From positions 370,356 to 434,355 of the forward strand of contig CAVXKS010000011.1 of NCBI GenBank assembly GCA_963762465.1: a DNA stretch of 64,000 nt, in the 5' to 3' direction. Source of the stretch: an uncultured Acidobacteriaceae bacterium. Its GTDB lineage: Bacteria > Acidobacteriota > Terriglobia > Terriglobales > Acidobacteriaceae. Under the pieces are notes generated by a model, which searched no databases, was not told the origin of the DNA, and saw only the letters and a list, made by a program, of their open reading frames with translations. The position numbers and the translations under genes were made by a program. The stretch's first letter is position 1, and each line of letters starts with the position of its first letter. Shown in pieces: positions 51,480 through 62,307 of this stretch.

Positions 51480-53906
51480 CTAATCGCTCAGCACATCCTC
51501 GTTGTAGTTGATCAGCAGCTTCTTGGCCGGCGAAGGCAGCTTGCCAAGCTTCACCGTCTGGTCAAACGTATTCACGCCGCGCATCTTCACCGTGGCGAGC
51601 CGGATCGTGTTTCCGTTCGCCATCTGCAAATACACCGGGACGAGCATGAGGAAGTTGTTCGAGACGCCGGTCTGCGAGATCTTGACGTGCACCGACGTAA
51701 CGCCGTCTTCGGCCGTGCTGAACTCCGAGCTGATGTCGTAGTGCGGAACCTCGGTGCCATAGACGTACTCGTTGAAGAACCAGTCGAGCTTGCCGTCGCC
51801 CGCTGCGTCGAGCCACTTGGGCATGGTCTTTTCGAGTGAGTGCTGGAAGTCTTCGGTGGACGCTGATTTACCTGCGTATTGCTGCACGAATGCCTGCATG
51901 GATTTCTTGAATGGCTCGTCGTGATACTGCGGCGTCCAATACATCATCTCGATCATGTGCAGGATGTACGCCCCCTTGGCGTAGATGACGGCGCGGTAGA
52001 CGTCCTCACCGCTCTTGCTGCTGTTCACGCGATAGCCCATCGTGACGGGGCCGACGTCGACGGGCCGCTTGCCGTAGGCGTTCTTCTCCAACAGCAAACG
52101 GCGCTGATCGTTCCAGTATTTATGGTAGTCGTCCATCTTGACGGAGGTCTGCATTAGGAACAGGCTGGCGGAAAACGTCGCGAACCCCTCGCCCATCCAC
52201 TGGTCGCGATAGCTGGACCATCCGATCAGATCGCCCCACCACTGATGCGCGACCTCGTGCGGCGTGACGGATTGCCAGAACGACGGCATGTCGAACTCGC
52301 GGAGCCCGAAGGCGTGTTGCTCGGTGGTGTCCCAGAAGGCGCAGATGGGAAGGTAGACCATGGTGGGCCAGCCCTGGCCGTCGAGGCAAGTGGTTTGTTG
52401 GGTGAGCGAGACGTGATCGTAAGGCAGCTTGCCGAAGTAATCCGTGTAGATCTGGATCGCCGCATTTCCCTGCGAGACCTGGTTCTTCAGCCCGGGCGGC
52501 GTGGCCAGGCTGCCCATTCCGTTGTTCGCGAAGTTCACGACTGAATCAGGCAGATTGACGTTCGCGAAGCCGTCCACGGCGAAGCCCTGCGGGGTTTTGA
52601 TCTCCTCCTGCTTGAAGTCGCCGATGTTGAAGCCGGCGACGGGAATCGGCGCGCGCGTCTGCCAGACGTAGCGCTCAACCGGGCCATCGTGGTCGTGCGC
52701 GACGAGGTCGCCGGTGGCTACCGCCTGCAGGCCCTTGGGCAGATGAAACGTCAGGCGGTAGTTCGCGAAGTCGCCGAAGACGGCATGCGGGGCGGGATAC
52801 CACGATTCGCGCGCCGCGTGCAGAAGTTCGTAGACACCCTCGCCTTCGTGCTGAACGGCGTCAGGGCCGGAGTATTTGATGAGCAGGCGCACCGGACGAT
52901 CTGTCGGCGCGTCATGCTGCAGCTCGACCGCGAACCCCGGGTCAGCCTTCTTGTCCTCCTGGATGAACTCCAGCGGAGCGCCGCTCTCGAAGTAGACGCC
53001 GCTGACCCGCAGCGTGGGAAAGAGATCAAACTGCACAACCCGCAGCCCGGGGCGATTCGCGTTCAGTGTTACGGTCGCGGCGCAGGTGAGCTTGCCGGAC
53101 TTGTCCATCGTGACGTCGACCGCTTCATCGGTGACATGCATGGGAAGCGCGGCGGAATCTGCTCCCTGCATCCGGTAGGCAGTCCAGCCGTGAAAGTCAT
53201 CGGTTCCCCAGGTCGCGAGCTCGACCTGATCGCCGTCGGCGAACGGCGCACCTTCGGGGTCGACGACGAACAGCAGGTTCTTGCCCGCGAAGAATCCGCC
53301 GGCGCGGAAGGACGCGAGGAAGAAGCTGCCGCGTGCGTCAGCGGGATCATCGGCGAGAACGTCTTCGAGAACGCGTGCGTCAAGATTCCAGTGCAGGGTC
53401 AGGCGCAGGTTCTTCGCGAGCTCGGCAGCGGCCCTGCAGGCTTCCGTCGCATCACCGCTCGCCGCGCCGGCCGAGGCCTTGCGGATTTCGTCGGCTGTCG
53501 TGTCAGTGAATCGCAGCACAACATTGGTGAAGTCCTGCGACATCTCCGGCGTCTTGGTCAGCAGCGCGAGCGAACGGCGCTCGTTGGGATCGGTGGGCGC
53601 GAGTTTGAAGCGCCCCTTGCCCTGGAACACCGCGCCCGTAACGTGGCCGCTCACCGGGCCGTAGAAGAAGATGACACCCTCGTCGAAGTGGAAGGTGCCG
53701 CCCTGCCGCTCAATCGTGAGGCCCTTCACCCCAAAGCCGGGGCCTGCAGGAAGATTGGAGCGCATCGCCTCGTAGGTCGCTTCGGAGTTCGGCGGCCGGG
53801 CAGAGCCGTTCGCTTCAATCACAGGAGCCGAGAGCTGCGCGAGGCACATGGCGGGCACACACGCCGTCGCCAGGATGAGCGAAACAGGCCGGACTGCAGA
53901 GAACAT
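51480..53906 (-). CDS. M1-family zinc metallopeptidase-domain protein
   Basis: PHEVAHQWWG...EGFATF, YAKGAYILHM. Confidence 0.85.
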   Translation of the reverse strand: MFSAVRPVSLILATACVPAMCLAQLSAPVIEANGSARPPNSEATYEAMRSNLPAGPGFGVKGLTIERQGGTFHFDEGVIFFYGPVSGHVTGAVFQGKGRFKLAPTDPNERRSLALLTKTPEMSQDFTNVVLRFTDTTADEIRKASAGAASGDATEACRAAAELAKNLRLTLHWNLDARVLEDVLADDPADARGSFFLASFRAGGFFAGKNLLFVVDPEGAPFADGDQVELATWGTDDFHGWTAYRMQGADSAALPMHVTDEAVDVTMDKSGKLTCAATVTLNANRPGLRVVQFDLFPTLRVSGVYFESGAPLEFIQEDKKADPGFAVELQHDAPTDRPVRLLIKYSGPDAVQHEGEGVYELLHAARESWYPAPHAVFGDFANYRLTFHLPKGLQAVATGDLVAHDHDGPVERYVWQTRAPIPVAGFNIGDFKQEEIKTPQGFAVDGFANVNLPDSVVNFANNGMGSLATPPGLKNQVSQGNAAIQIYTDYFGKLPYDHVSLTQQTTCLDGQGWPTMVYLPICAFWDTTEQHAFGLREFDMPSFWQSVTPHEVAHQWWGDLIGWSSYRDQWMGEGFATFSASLFLMQTSVKMDDYHKYWNDQRRLLLEKNAYGKRPVDVGPVTMGYRVNSSKSGEDVYRAVIYAKGAYILHMIEMMYWTPQYHDEPFKKSMQAFVQQYAGKSASTEDFQHSLEKTMPKWLDAAGDGKLDWFFNEYVYGTEVPHYDISSEFSTAEDGVTSVHVKISQTGVSNNFLMLVPVYLQMANGNTIRLATVKMRGVNTFDQTVKLGKLPSPAKKLLINYNEDVLSD

Positions 53907-53977
53907 GGCAGCCACTATAGCGCCGACTGGAGGCGGTTCGCCGCAAAATTTTGTGCACCAAGGTACTGCGTTGGTCG

Positions 53978-55156
53978 CTAGGCGCGCTCCAGCGCCATGG
54001 CCACCGAATTGCCACCGCCAAGACACAGCGCGGCCACACCCTTGTGCGCGTCGCGCCGCTGCATCTCGTGCAGCAACGTGACGAGCACGCGCGCTCCGCT
54101 GGCCCCGATCGGATGGCCAATCGCAACCGCGCCTCCATTGACGTTAACGCGGTCGAGCCCAAGGCCAAGCTCCTTCGTGACGCCCAGCGCCTGCACGGCG
54201 AACGCCTCGTTGAGCTCAAACAGATCAACGTCCGAGAGCGCCCAGCCCGCGCGATCGAGAACCTTGCGCACACCCGTGACAGGCGCGAGCATCACCCAAC
54301 GCGGCGCCACGCCGCTCGTCGCCTGCGCGCGGATCGTCGCCAAAGGCTTCAGGTTCAACTCGCGTGCCTTCTCCGCCGACATGACCACAACCGCCGCTGC
54401 GGCATCATTCACGCCGGGCGCGTTGCCAGCCGTGACGGTGCCCTGCTTGCGGAACGCCGGCTTCAGCGCGGCGAGCGCCTCGAGGCTCGCATCCTCCCGC
54501 ACGCTCTCGTCACGCGTGACCGTGGTGCTTCCCTTCTTGCCCGCAATCTCGACGCCCACGATCTCGGCTTCGAAGCGGCCTTCCTTCCATGCGGCGGCAG
54601 CCTTGCGATGCGATTCGAGCGCGTACTGGTCCTGCTGCTCGCGCGTAAAGCCGTGCTTGTCGGCGACGAGCTCCGCCGTTTCGCCCATGTGGAAGTCCTC
54701 ACACGCGCACCACAGGCCATCGCGCACCATCGAGTCGACCGCGGTGCTGTCGCCCATGCGCATGCCCTTGCGCGCGCCGGGCAGAAGATAGGGGGCGTTG
54801 GACATCGACTCCGTGCCGCCGGCCACGGCGATCTCGCTGTCTCCCTGCGCGATCGAATGCGCAGCGAGGCCAACGGCGCGCAGCCCGGAGCCGCAAACCA
54901 TGTTGATCGTGAGCGCGCTCACCGAATCCGGAATGCCGCCGCGCAACGCCGCCTGCCGCGCAGGATTCTGCCCAAGACCGGCGGGAAGAACGCAACCCAT
55001 GATGCACTCGTCGACCCGCGCAGAGTCAATGCCGGCGCGGTCAATCGCTGCACGCACGGCGATGGCGCCGAGTTCTATCGCGCTCAGCGAAGACAGTGCG
55101 CCGAGAAATTTCCCGACCGGTGTGCGAACCGCGCTGACGATAACAACTTCACGCAT
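53978..55156 (-). CDS. acetyl-CoA C-acetyltransferase (thiolase)
   Basis: [38 protein letters not shown]. Confidence 0.95.
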   Translation of the reverse strand: MREVVIVSAVRTPVGKFLGALSSLSAIELGAIAVRAAIDRAGIDSARVDECIMGCVLPAGLGQNPARQAALRGGIPDSVSALTINMVCGSGLRAVGLAAHSIAQGDSEIAVAGGTESMSNAPYLLPGARKGMRMGDSTAVDSMVRDGLWCACEDFHMGETAELVADKHGFTREQQDQYALESHRKAAAAWKEGRFEAEIVGVEIAGKKGSTTVTRDESVREDASLEALAALKPAFRKQGTVTAGNAPGVNDAAAAVVVMSAEKARELNLKPLATIRAQATSGVAPRWVMLAPVTGVRKVLDRAGWALSDVDLFELNEAFAVQALGVTKELGLGLDRVNVNGGAVAIGHPIGASGARVLVTLLHEMQRRDAHKGVAALCLGGGNSVAMALERA

Positions 55157-55341
55157 GCGATGAATCTCCTCAACCGAACTTCGCGACGAAGTATACGTGT
55201 GGTTTGGATGCGCTGGCCCTCGGGCGCGGTGCGCGAGTGAACGCGAGCAGCGGCGATGTGAGCGCAAGTTGAAGACCGTCAGAGCGGCTGTGAGGCTGTG
55301 CAAAGCAGGTCAGAAATTCCTTCCAAATTTTCTTTTTTCTC

Positions 55342-55370
55342 TTGACTCTAACGCGCAAGAAATCTATACC
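55342..55370 (+). promoter_or_regulatory. sigma70-like promoter with AT-rich upstream element
   Basis: TTGACT-17nt-TATACC preceded by AAATTTTCTTTTTTCTC. Confidence 0.55.
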
Positions 55371-55376
55371 TTCGTT

Positions 55377-55502
55377 AGCTGCATTGCAGCGTCGATGATG
55401 TTCATCGATTGGGAGCGCAGGCAAACGCAACCAAGGCAAAGCATCAAACCAAGGCAACACACTCGGGGGACGCCAATAGAGAGCGTCCCCCGAGGTGTTT
55501 TT
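55377..55502 (+). ncRNA. candidate sRNA (about 126 nt) with three AGGCAA motifs
   Basis: Promoter upstream; hairpins GCUGC/GCAGC and UCGAUGA/UCAUCGA; AACCAAGGCAA twice; 12-bp perfect terminator stem plus U-tract. Confidence 0.6.
55456..55502 (+). terminator. intrinsic terminator
   Basis: CTCGGGGGACGC/GCGTCCCCCGAG stem, extended by AACAC/GTGTT, followed by TTTTT. Confidence 0.8.
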
Positions 55503-55568
55503 CGGCCTGTATTCATGCGCCTTTCGCGTGCCCTCACAGATCTTCGCTTCGCAGTATCCTGAGAGGCG

Positions 55569-56309
55569 ATGACACGCCGCCGCTGGATCGCCGACAAGTT
55601 TACCGACACAACCGCATCCCTCACCGGAGATCAGGCGCTGCACCTTGCGCGCGTTCTGCGAGCCACGCCGGGACAAATTTTCGACGTGGTGGCGAACGGA
55701 TTCCTTCGCCGTGCCACCGTCGTCAATGTCTCCGAGCAGGAGGTGACGTTCGCGCTGGGGGAGGAATTGGAGACCGAAGCAGCACTTCCGGTGCACTTGC
55801 TGCTTGCAGTGATTAAGTTCGATCACTATGAGTGGGGACTCGAGAAACTGACAGAGCTTGGCGCCGCAAGAATTACGCCTGTGATTGCGCGACGCACGGA
55901 GAAGCATCTCGCGCAGGCTGCCGGGAAACGTGTCGAACGTTGGCGCAGGATTGGGCTGGAGGCAGCAAAGCAATCGCGCCGCAGCGACCTTCCGCAGATC
56001 GATGATCCGCTCCCGCTGAACCAGGCGCTTGCGCAGATCGCCGCGCAAACAAAGCTGCTGCTGGCCGAGACCGAGCAGGAGAATTCGCTGATATCAGCGG
56101 TAGGTCCGGGCTTCAGCCCGGACTCAGCGAGTCAGCGAATCAGCGAGTCAGGAATCGCGCTGGCAGTTGGGCCGGAAGGCGGATGGACCCCCGAGGAGAT
56201 GACGCTGTTCAGCGAGAAGGGATGGCGCCACGTAACTCTCGGACCGCGGATTCTGCGGGCGGAAACCGCCGCAATCGCCGCCCTCAGCATCTGCTCTGCA
56301 CTCCTCTAA
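55569..56309 (+). CDS. rsmE: 16S rRNA m3U1498 methyltransferase
   Basis: HLARVLR, EKLTELGA..I.P, EAAKQSRR, AVGPEGG, LGPRILRAETA. Contains a (TCAGCGAR)3 insertion at about 56124-56150. Confidence 0.93.
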   Translation: MTRRRWIADKFTDTTASLTGDQALHLARVLRATPGQIFDVVANGFLRRATVVNVSEQEVTFALGEELETEAALPVHLLLAVIKFDHYEWGLEKLTELGAARITPVIARRTEKHLAQAAGKRVERWRRIGLEAAKQSRRSDLPQIDDPLPLNQALAQIAAQTKLLLAETEQENSLISAVGPGFSPDSASQRISESGIALAVGPEGGWTPEEMTLFSEKGWRHVTLGPRILRAETAAIAALSICSALL

Positions 56310-56367
56310 ACAAAAAATCAGCGGAAGGCTTTCACGCCCGCCGCCGACTTGCTGACCCGCTGACTCG

Positions 56368-57507
56368 CTAGCTGAACATCTCCTTCACCTTGTCGAAGAT
56401 CCCGCGTGACTGCGGCACGTTGTCCACCTTCATCGACTCGCCGAGCTGCCGCATAAGCTCCTTCTGCTGCCTGGTCAGCTTCGCCGGCGTTTGCACGCGG
56501 ACTTCCACGATGAGGTCGCCGCGTCCGTGCGCGTTCAGGTGCGGAACGCCCTTGCCGCGCAGGCGGAACTCCTTCCCGCTTTGCGTACCCTCCGGAACCT
56601 TCATGGTCTCGGGGCCATGCAGCGTTTCAATCTCGAGTTCCGTACCGAGCGCCGCCTGTGGGAAGCTGATCGGCATCACGCAGTGCAGGTCGTCGCCGTC
56701 GCGTTCGAAGAACTTGTGCGGACGCACTTCCAGCACGACGTAGAGATCGCCCGACGGTCCGCCCCACTTGCCGGCGTCGCCTTCGCCGCCGTAGCGAATG
56801 CGTGTCTCGTTCTCCACGCCCGCGGGAACCTTGACCAGGATCTTGTGCTCGCGAGGAACCCGGCCATCGCCCCGGCAGGTCTTGCACGGGTGGCGCACAA
56901 CCGAGCCCGTGCCGGAACACACCGGGCATGTGCGCGCGACAGAGAAGAACCCCTGCTGCGTGCGAATCTGCCCGCGCCCGCCGCACTGCTGGCAGGTCTC
57001 GGGCTGGCGTCCACCTTCCGAGCCTGTGCCGCTGCAGTCGTTGCAGGCCTCTGCGCGGCGGATGTTGATCTCGCGCTCGATGCCGAAGACAGCCTCCTCG
57101 AACTCAAGCCGCATGTCGAACTTCATGTCGCGTCCGCGCTGCGCTCGCGATGCACGGCCGCCGCGCGCGCCCATGTTGAACATTTCGCCGAACAGATCGC
57201 CGAAGATGTCCCCGATATCTCCCTGCGCAAACCCTCCGCCGGCAAACGGATTGCCCGCGGCACCTGCGGCGCCCACGCCGGCGTGACCGAAGCGGTCATA
57301 CGCGGCGCGCTTGTCCGGGTCGCTGAGCACCTGGTAGGCCTCACTGCAGGCCTTGAATTTCTCCTCCGCGTCCGGATTATTCGGATTGCGGTCGGGGTGG
57401 TACTGCATCGCCAGCTTGCGATACGCGGCCTTCAGCTCCGCGTCCGTCGCCGTGCGCTCCACCTGCAAAACCTCGTAATAGTCCATCTTCATCGTTGCGG
57501 TCGCCAT
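56368..57507 (-). CDS. dnaJ: molecular chaperone DnaJ
   Basis: J domain HPD, G/F region, four CxxCxGxG repeats. Confidence 0.97.
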   Translation of the reverse strand: MATATMKMDYYEVLQVERTATDAELKAAYRKLAMQYHPDRNPNNPDAEEKFKACSEAYQVLSDPDKRAAYDRFGHAGVGAAGAAGNPFAGGGFAQGDIGDIFGDLFGEMFNMGARGGRASRAQRGRDMKFDMRLEFEEAVFGIEREINIRRAEACNDCSGTGSEGGRQPETCQQCGGRGQIRTQQGFFSVARTCPVCSGTGSVVRHPCKTCRGDGRVPREHKILVKVPAGVENETRIRYGGEGDAGKWGGPSGDLYVVLEVRPHKFFERDGDDLHCVMPISFPQAALGTELEIETLHGPETMKVPEGTQSGKEFRLRGKGVPHLNAHGRGDLIVEVRVQTPAKLTRQQKELMRQLGESMKVDNVPQSRGIFDKVKEMFS

Positions 57508-57566
57508 CTACACACTTCCCATCATCGCTCGCGAGCCTGCTTCGGCGCGCGCCTTGTTGATCTTCT

Positions 57567-58139
57567 TTAGTCAGAAACCTGCTTCGCGTTCGTCGCAATC
57601 TTCACCAGTGCAGGCCGCAGAAGCTTGTCGCGCAGCTTGTACCCGCGGCGGATCTCCTCAATCACCTGGTGGTCAGGCACATCGTCGCGCTCCTCGCTAC
57701 TGAGCGCCTCATGCACGCGCGGATCGAACTGCGCACTGACAGCCTCGACGGGCTGCACATTCAATCCGCGCAGCGCCTCCTCCATCTGCTTCACAATCAG
57801 CTCGACGCCCGCGCGAAGCTGCTCCACAGACCCCTCCGCCTTTAGCGCCAACCCGAAATTATCCATCACGCCAAGGAACGGCTCGACCGCAGACTGCACC
57901 GCGTAATCGCGCGCGTCCTGGCGCTCCTTCACCTCACGCTTCCGGGCGTTGTCGAACTCCGCCTGCAGCCGAGCGAGACGATCCTTCAGCGCGTCCCGCT
58001 CCTCGCGCAGCGCATTGATCTCCGCAGTCTGCTGGTCCTGCTGCTGCGCCTGCTCGGCTGCTGACTCACCCTGCGCATCCGGCGCTGCTGTGCCGTCCTG
58101 CGCCTCTTCCGCCCGCTGCATCTCTTCTGTGTCCGTCAT
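57567..58139 (-). CDS. grpE: nucleotide exchange factor GrpE
   Basis: RLQAEFDNARKR, FDPRVHEA, GYKLRDKLLRPALV. Confidence 0.95.
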   Translation of the reverse strand: MTDTEEMQRAEEAQDGTAAPDAQGESAAEQAQQQDQQTAEINALREERDALKDRLARLQAEFDNARKREVKERQDARDYAVQSAVEPFLGVMDNFGLALKAEGSVEQLRAGVELIVKQMEEALRGLNVQPVEAVSAQFDPRVHEALSSEERDDVPDHQVIEEIRRGYKLRDKLLRPALVKIATNAKQVSD

Positions 58140-58256
58140 ACGTCTGTCCTTTCCAAAAACTCCCGGCCGCCCCCACCGCGCAGCGCGATCTCGAATATTG
58201 CTCATAGCCAGCCTCTATTTCTTCATCGGGCAATTTCTCACTATCTACTGATGCGC

Positions 58257-59324
58257 CTACGAGCTTCGCGGCATCAACCCACGCTCCAGCATCTGCGCCA
58301 CGTACGCTACCGCACTCATATTGCTGGGGTAGTTCATCCGTTTGGGCCCGATCACCGCAACCGACCCAACGTTTTCCCCGGCAACGCGCGTCGGCGCGGC
58401 GATGAGCACCAGGCCGGCCATCTCCGGCGCCTGCTGCTCCAAATCAAACACAACCCGCACGGACTCCTGCCGCGCATCCACGTAAGCGTTCAGCAGCTCA
58501 ATCAGCCGCTCCTTCGTCTCCAGCGCCGTCAGCATCTCGCGCAGCCGCTCGCGATCTTCCGGCAACCCCAGCAGATTCGCGACGCCGTCGACAAACACCG
58601 CCTGGCCGCCTGCAGCGGCGCCAACCGTCTGGTTCCAGAGCTGCTGCGCGGCCTCCATCATCTGCTGGTACGCGCTGCGCTCGGTCTCGATCAGTCGCGC
58701 CAGCTCCGCCCGAATCCTTTCCATGCTCCATCCGCGGAAGTTCTCATTCAGGAACCGCGCCGCCGTCTCCAGCTCCAGCATCGTGAGGTCGCGATCGAGC
58801 GCCAGCACGCGATCCCGCACCATGCCGCTGCGCGTCACCACGACGGCCAGAACGCGCTGCTCGGCCAGCCGGCTGAAATGCACATGCTCCAGCGTATCCA
58901 GCGAGCTCGCCGTCGACATCGCAATCCCCACCCCGCTCGAGAGCACCGCAAGCACATGCGACGTCCGCTCCAGCAGCGCCTCGGCGCCCGCAATCCCCGC
59001 CAGGCTGTTGTCGATCCGCAACTGCACTTCAGCAGCGGATGGTCCAGTCAGCCGCGCAACATCGTCTTTGCTCAGCTGCTCTACATACAGCCGAAACGCA
59101 CGTGCCGACGGCACGCGCCCCGCCGACGTGTGCGGCTGCTCCAGCAGTCCCTGCTCGGCGAGCTCCGCCATCTCATTGCGAATCGTCGCCGAGCTGGCCG
59201 GACCTGAAGCGAGGTTCTCCAAACGCGCAATAGCGCCCGAGCTCACCGGCTCGCCCGTCGCAATATATTGCTCGACGATCGCCGTAAGGATCTCGCGCTG
59301 CCGGTTTGTAATCTCGGTCCGCAT
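58257..59324 (-). CDS. hrcA: heat-inducible transcription repressor HrcA
   Basis: RQREILTAIVEQYIATGEPVSS, SSATIRNEMAEL, HTSAGRVPS, IGPKRMNY. Confidence 0.95.
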   Translation of the reverse strand: MRTEITNRQREILTAIVEQYIATGEPVSSGAIARLENLASGPASSATIRNEMAELAEQGLLEQPHTSAGRVPSARAFRLYVEQLSKDDVARLTGPSAAEVQLRIDNSLAGIAGAEALLERTSHVLAVLSSGVGIAMSTASSLDTLEHVHFSRLAEQRVLAVVVTRSGMVRDRVLALDRDLTMLELETAARFLNENFRGWSMERIRAELARLIETERSAYQQMMEAAQQLWNQTVGAAAGGQAVFVDGVANLLGLPEDRERLREMLTALETKERLIELLNAYVDARQESVRVVFDLEQQAPEMAGLVLIAAPTRVAGENVGSVAVIGPKRMNYPSNMSAVAYVAQMLERGLMPRSS

Positions 59325-59378
59325 GTTGAGCTTTTAGTTCCCCGCCTTTGCCTTGTTCACTACTCACCATTCACTTCT

Positions 59379-60209
59379 CTACGAAATCTCCAGCACGTTC
59401 TCATTCTGCGCCGCCACCTGCTCGGCGCGTTCCTTCACCTTCTGCGCAATCGCTGCAAACTCCCGTCCGCGCGCCGACTGATCTCCTGCCAACGATGCCG
59501 GCATCCCGCGATCGCCGCCTTCACGCACCTGCGGGTCGAGATCCACCGAACCAAGGAACGCGATACTAAACTGTTTTGCCGTCTGCTCGGTCGCACCCGC
59601 ACCGAACACGTCGATGACGCTTCCATCCGGCAGGGTCATCTGGCTCATGTTCTCCACCATGCCCAGCACCTCGACGTTCACCTGGTGGAACATCTCCAAC
59701 GCCTTGCGCGCATCCTGCAGCGCCACGCTCGATCCCGTGGAGACCACGACCGCTCCCGTCAGCGGCACCGTCTGCACCAGCGAAATCACCACATCGCCCG
59801 TGCCCGGCGGCAAGTCCACAATCAGAAAATCGAGCTCGCCCCACGCCACCTGCTGCAGAAACTGCTTGATGATGCCGTGCAGCATCGGCCCGCGCATCAC
59901 CATCGGCTTATCGCCCGGCGAGATCAGCCCTACGGACATGAACTTCACGCCATGCGCCGTCAGCGGCTCGATCATGTTGCCCGGCCCCACCGATGGCTGC
60001 CGCGTCACGCCGAGCATCGTCGGCACATTCGGGCCATAAATATCGGCATCGAGCAAACCGACCTTGTGTCCCTGCTTCGCCAGCGTCACAGCGAGATTCA
60101 CCGCAACCGTGGTCTTGCCGACGCCGCCCTTGCCCGAACCCACCGCCACTACATACTGCACGCCCGGCAGCGGCTGCGGTCCCATCGGCTGTTGTCCTGT
60201 GTGTGCCAT
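59379..60209 (-). CDS. Mrp/NBP35 (ApbC) Fe-S cluster carrier ATPase
   Basis: GSGKGGVGKTT, DADIYGPNVP, VDLPPGTGD, VENMS. Confidence 0.93.
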   Translation of the reverse strand: MAHTGQQPMGPQPLPGVQYVVAVGSGKGGVGKTTVAVNLAVTLAKQGHKVGLLDADIYGPNVPTMLGVTRQPSVGPGNMIEPLTAHGVKFMSVGLISPGDKPMVMRGPMLHGIIKQFLQQVAWGELDFLIVDLPPGTGDVVISLVQTVPLTGAVVVSTGSSVALQDARKALEMFHQVNVEVLGMVENMSQMTLPDGSVIDVFGAGATEQTAKQFSIAFLGSVDLDPQVREGGDRGMPASLAGDQSARGREFAAIAQKVKERAEQVAAQNENVLEIS

Positions 60210-60256
60210 CAGATCCTGCTCTCTACTCTCTACTGTCTACCCTCTACTGACTGCCT

Positions 60257-60778
60257 CTAGACATGCCACTCCGGCGGCAACGCCGCGCGCAGTTCTCTCC
60301 GCCGAGCCACTTCTCCGCTGCGCATCTCGCGCCTGCGTCCCGCGTCCTCAAACCGCCGCCTCTGGTGTTCGGTCTCGGCAATCACCTGCGGCACCTCGAT
60401 TCTCTTTCCGGTCGCATCCACTGCGACAAACGTCAGGTACGCCGAGGCCACCTGCCGGAAACGACCCTCCCGAACGTCCTCCACCATCGCTTTGACGCCG
60501 ACCTCCATGGAGGTGCGGAACGCGCGGTTCACACTGGACTTCAAAATGAGCAGGTCGCCAACCTTGACCGGCGCCACAAAATCCAGGTGGTCCATGGACG
60601 CCGTCACCGTGAACGCCCGCGCATGCCGGCTCGCGGCCATCGCGCCCACCAGGTCGATGAACTGCATCAGCCGCCCGCCGAACAGGTTCCCAATCGCGTT
60701 CGCGTCGCTGGGAAAGATAATCTCGCTGCGTTCGGATTGGGACTCGGAGACCGGCCGCGCGGCCACACCTTCGCTCAT
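60257..60778 (-). CDS. acyl-CoA thioesterase (YciA-like hotdog)
   Basis: FPSDANAIGNLFGG.LM, PVKVGD, RTSMEV, AYLTFVA. Confidence 0.9.
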   Translation of the reverse strand: MSEGVAARPVSESQSERSEIIFPSDANAIGNLFGGRLMQFIDLVGAMAASRHARAFTVTASMDHLDFVAPVKVGDLLILKSSVNRAFRTSMEVGVKAMVEDVREGRFRQVASAYLTFVAVDATGKRIEVPQVIAETEHQRRRFEDAGRRREMRSGEVARRRELRAALPPEWHV

Positions 60779-60943
60779 CCTGCTTGCCAACCCTCCACTC
60801 AAGTTCCGGGAGAAATCTCCCTCTCTATATTCTAAATCTCCCGCTGAATCTTCGCGTCCGGCCTCACCCGCGCGCATCTCATTGCCAGAACGCCCCTCTT
60901 CCAACAATTACCCACGTTTGCCTGATCGTTACAGGAGCCGCCG

Positions 60944-61905
60944 ATGAACGCCGCCCTGGTCGAATCCTTCCAGTCACCGCCGCGCTACACACAGTTCGAC
61001 GACCCCGCACCCCAACCCGGCGAGTCGGCGATCCGCGTCCTCGCCGCCGGCCTGCACCCCATCGTCAAGGCGCTCGCCAAAGGCTCCCACTACGGCAGCA
61101 CCGGCAACCTGCCGTTCGTTCCCGGGATCGACGGCGTAGGCCGGCTCGACGACGCGCCGCCGCGTCTTCTTCGGCGTCTCCCGCCCGCCCTTCGGCTCCA
61201 TGGCCGAGCGCACCATCGCCAACCCGCCGTTCCTGATCCCGCTCGACGACGCCATCCCCGACGCCACAGCCGCCGCGCTCGGCAATCCGGGCATGTCCTC
61301 CTGGGCGGCGCTCTCGTATCGCGCCAAGTTCGTCTCCGGCGAAAGCATCCTGATCCTCGGCGCGACCGGCGTCGCGGGCCAGCTCGCGGTTCAGATCGCA
61401 AAACGCCGCGGCGCGCGCCGCGTCATCGCCTGCGGCCGCAATCCCGAAGCCCTCGCCAAAACCCAATCCCTCGGCGCCGATGCGACCATCTCCCTCGAGC
61501 TCCCCCACGACGAGCTCGTCGCCGCGCTCCGCCGCGAGATCGACAACGGCATCGACATCGTCCTCGACTATCTCTGGGGCGCGCCCGCCGAAGCCACACT
61601 CGAAGCCATCGCCAAGAAGGGCCTCAGCCACCAGACCGCGCGCATCCGCTACATCCAGATCGGCAACAGCGCCGGCGCGAAGATCCCACTCGAAGCCGTC
61701 CACGCTGCGCAGCTCCGGCCTCGAGCTCCTCGGCAGCGGCTTCGGCAGCGCCTCCATGCAGGACCTCGCCGCCTCCATCGCCGACTTCTTCGCCGAAGCC
61801 GCGCGCCAGCCGTTCGAGATCGCCGTCCGCACCTTCCCTCTGCGCGACGTCGCCTCCGTCTGGAACCAACCCGATGGCGAGGGCCGCTTCGTCTTCGTCC
61901 CGTAA
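60944..61905 (+). CDS. zinc-binding alcohol dehydrogenase/quinone oxidoreductase family (apparent indels near 61160 and 61700)
   Basis: PFVPGIDGVG, ILILGATGVAG, DIVLDYLWG and LELLGSGFG lie in three successive frames. Confidence 0.85.
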
Positions 61906-61907
61906 TC

Positions 61908-61945
61908 GGGTGCCCCATTCATCGCGCGCTATCGCGATCGAAGGG
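61908..61945. repeat. REP-like hairpin
   Basis: GGGTGCCCC leader, then ATCGCG-CGCTAT-CGCGAT stem. Confidence 0.45.
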
Positions 61946-61978
61946 TTGCCATCTCACACTCACCGCATCCTTAAATCC

Positions 61979-62287
61979 ATGGACAAGATCGCCATGCTCT
62001 CCGAGATCCTCGCGCAGCACCCCACCGACGCCTTCGCGCGCTACGGCCTCGCGATGGCCTACGCCTCCGAAGGTAAAAACGACGACGCCCTGCGCGAGTT
62101 CGCGACGACCATCCAGCACAACCCGGATTACGTGCCCGCCTTCCAGATGTGCGCGCAGACGCTGCTCAAACTCGGCCGCACCGACGAAGCCCGCCAGCGC
62201 CTCACCGAAGGTCTCGCCGCCGCGGCACGCAGCGGCAACGCGCACGCCGCAAGCGAGATGCAGGCGATGCTGGACGACCTCGGCTAA
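61979..62287 (+). CDS. small TPR protein
   Basis: FARYGLAMAY...PDYVPAFQMCAQ..EMQAML. Confidence 0.8.
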   Translation: MDKIAMLSEILAQHPTDAFARYGLAMAYASEGKNDDALREFATTIQHNPDYVPAFQMCAQTLLKLGRTDEARQRLTEGLAAAARSGNAHAASEMQAMLDDLG

Positions 62288-62307
62288 CTCATCGTTTACG
62301 ATGCTGC

